From sequence record DRR723986_3005: DNA of 64,000 bases; one strand, written 5' to 3'. Below the pieces are notes generated by a model, which ran no database searches, was not told the origin of the DNA, and saw only the letters and a list, made by a program, of their open reading frames with translations. Below are positions 63,203 to 64,000 of this stretch, one piece after another. Positions within the stretch are counted from its first letter, which is position 1. Each line of letters opens with the position of its first letter. Made by a program: the position numbers and the translations under genes.

Positions 63203-63286
63203 GCTGTCCCTCCCGCAGACTCAATTAATTCTCTTGTTACTATAGTGCCTAGACATGGTGTGTCTGGCAATTAAACTTTCTGTCAT

Positions 63287-64000
63287 TCATGCCGCCTGGC
63301 CTGGTGCAGGCTGAGGGCGTTTGAAAACCCATTTGGTCTCAGTGGAATCCGCCGAACTAAATTTGTAGCCGCCGCCATTAAAATTCTTCAGGTCTTCAGG
63401 GTTGTTTATTTCATTGTCGACAACATAACGCGCCATCATGCCGCGGGCTTTTTTTGCTAAAAACGAAATAACCCGCGCCTTACCCTCTTTCACGTCCTGA
63501 AAAACAGGTGTGATAACCGGTGCTTTAAGCGCTTTTACCGGCACAGCTTTAAAATATTCATTCGACGCCAAATTAATAAGCACCGGATGTTCATGGCCTG
63601 ACAGGTCTTTATCAATAGCTTTAGCGAGGCGGTCGCCCCAGAATTCGTATAGGTTTTTACCGCGGTCATTGTTAAAGCGTGTGCCCATTTCGAGCCGGTA
63701 AGCCTGCATAAGGTCTAGTGGGTTCAGAAGACCGTATAAGCCCGACAAGATGCGAATATGCTCATTGGCGAAATCGCGCCCGGCATCGCTTAATGATTTT
63801 GCGTCAAACCCCACATAAACATCACCCTGAAAAGCATCAATGGCAGGCCGGGCATTTGCTGGCGTAAAAGGTGGCTTAAACGCCTTAAAACGCGCCACAT
63901 TCAGGTCGGCCAACTGTTCAGAGATGCCCATCATCGCCTGCAGGTCCTGGCTTTTCAATTTTTTTGCTTTCACTGCCAATTTTTTTGCCTGAGAGAGAAA
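63287..64000 (-). CDS. yaaA: Peroxide stress protein YaaA (DUF328), 5' end outside the window
   Basis: F.GDVY, ILSGLYGLL.PLD...YRLEMGT, NLASNEY and SF.AKKARG.M motifs; frame is open to the window end. Confidence 0.92.
   Translation of the reverse strand, partial: FLSQAKKLAVKAKKLKSQDLQAMMGISEQLADLNVARFKAFKPPFTPANARPAIDAFQGDVYVGFDAKSLSDAGRDFANEHIRILSGLYGLLNPLDLMQAYRLEMGTRFNNDRGKNLYEFWGDRLAKAIDKDLSGHEHPVLINLASNEYFKAVPVKALKAPVITPVFQDVKEGKARVISFLAKKARGMMARYVVDNEINNPEDLKNFNGGGYKFSSADSTETKWVFKRPQPAPGQAA

Noticed and set aside
63246-63269. Operator for the iorAB-like genes (TGCCTAGACA...TGTCTGGCA)
   Set aside because: It is a bulged inverted repeat just after the yaaA stop and cannot be distinguished from a terminator hairpin.
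1-64000. CRISPR arrays, rRNA, prophage, IS elements or anti-phage defence genes
   Set aside because: No repeat-spacer periodicity, rRNA signature, recombinase or defence motif was seen by eye.

Overview
Core-chromosome window of an alphaproteobacterium; gene content suggests a marine, Caulobacter/Rhodospirillales-like motile lineage such as Kordiimonadales (inference). Left arm (1-12.5 kb): partial Ntn-hydrolase acylase, two exported hypotheticals, tspO, DUF2805, tRNA-Met(CAT), tricorn protease, a TetR regulator divergent from alkB, malic enzyme, DUF2147 and mnmA. Centre (12.8-40.4 kb): a flagellar/cell-cycle/chemotaxis supercluster (fliK-flgD-flgE, sciP, fliF-G-H-N-motA-flbD-flhA-flhF-flhG, a second FliK-like gene, fliI-fliJ, ctrA, chpT-cheA-W-Y-B-R) with readable sigma54, ftr-like and CtrA-like sites. 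Right arm: cysQ, an M61-like peptidase, nnrU, yebC-ruvCAB-ybgC-tolQRAB (pal missing), small accessory genes, uup, ydbST-like genes, MarR plus an Acg-type nitroreductase, an iorAB-like molybdoenzyme and partial yaaA. No mobile element, CRISPR array or rRNA was seen. Best novelty candidate: a Vibrio LuxR/HapR/SmcR-like TetR protein with a near-perfect SmcR-type 22-bp operator beside the alkB promoter. All assignments are by eye from motifs and recalled family knowledge; no database searches were run.
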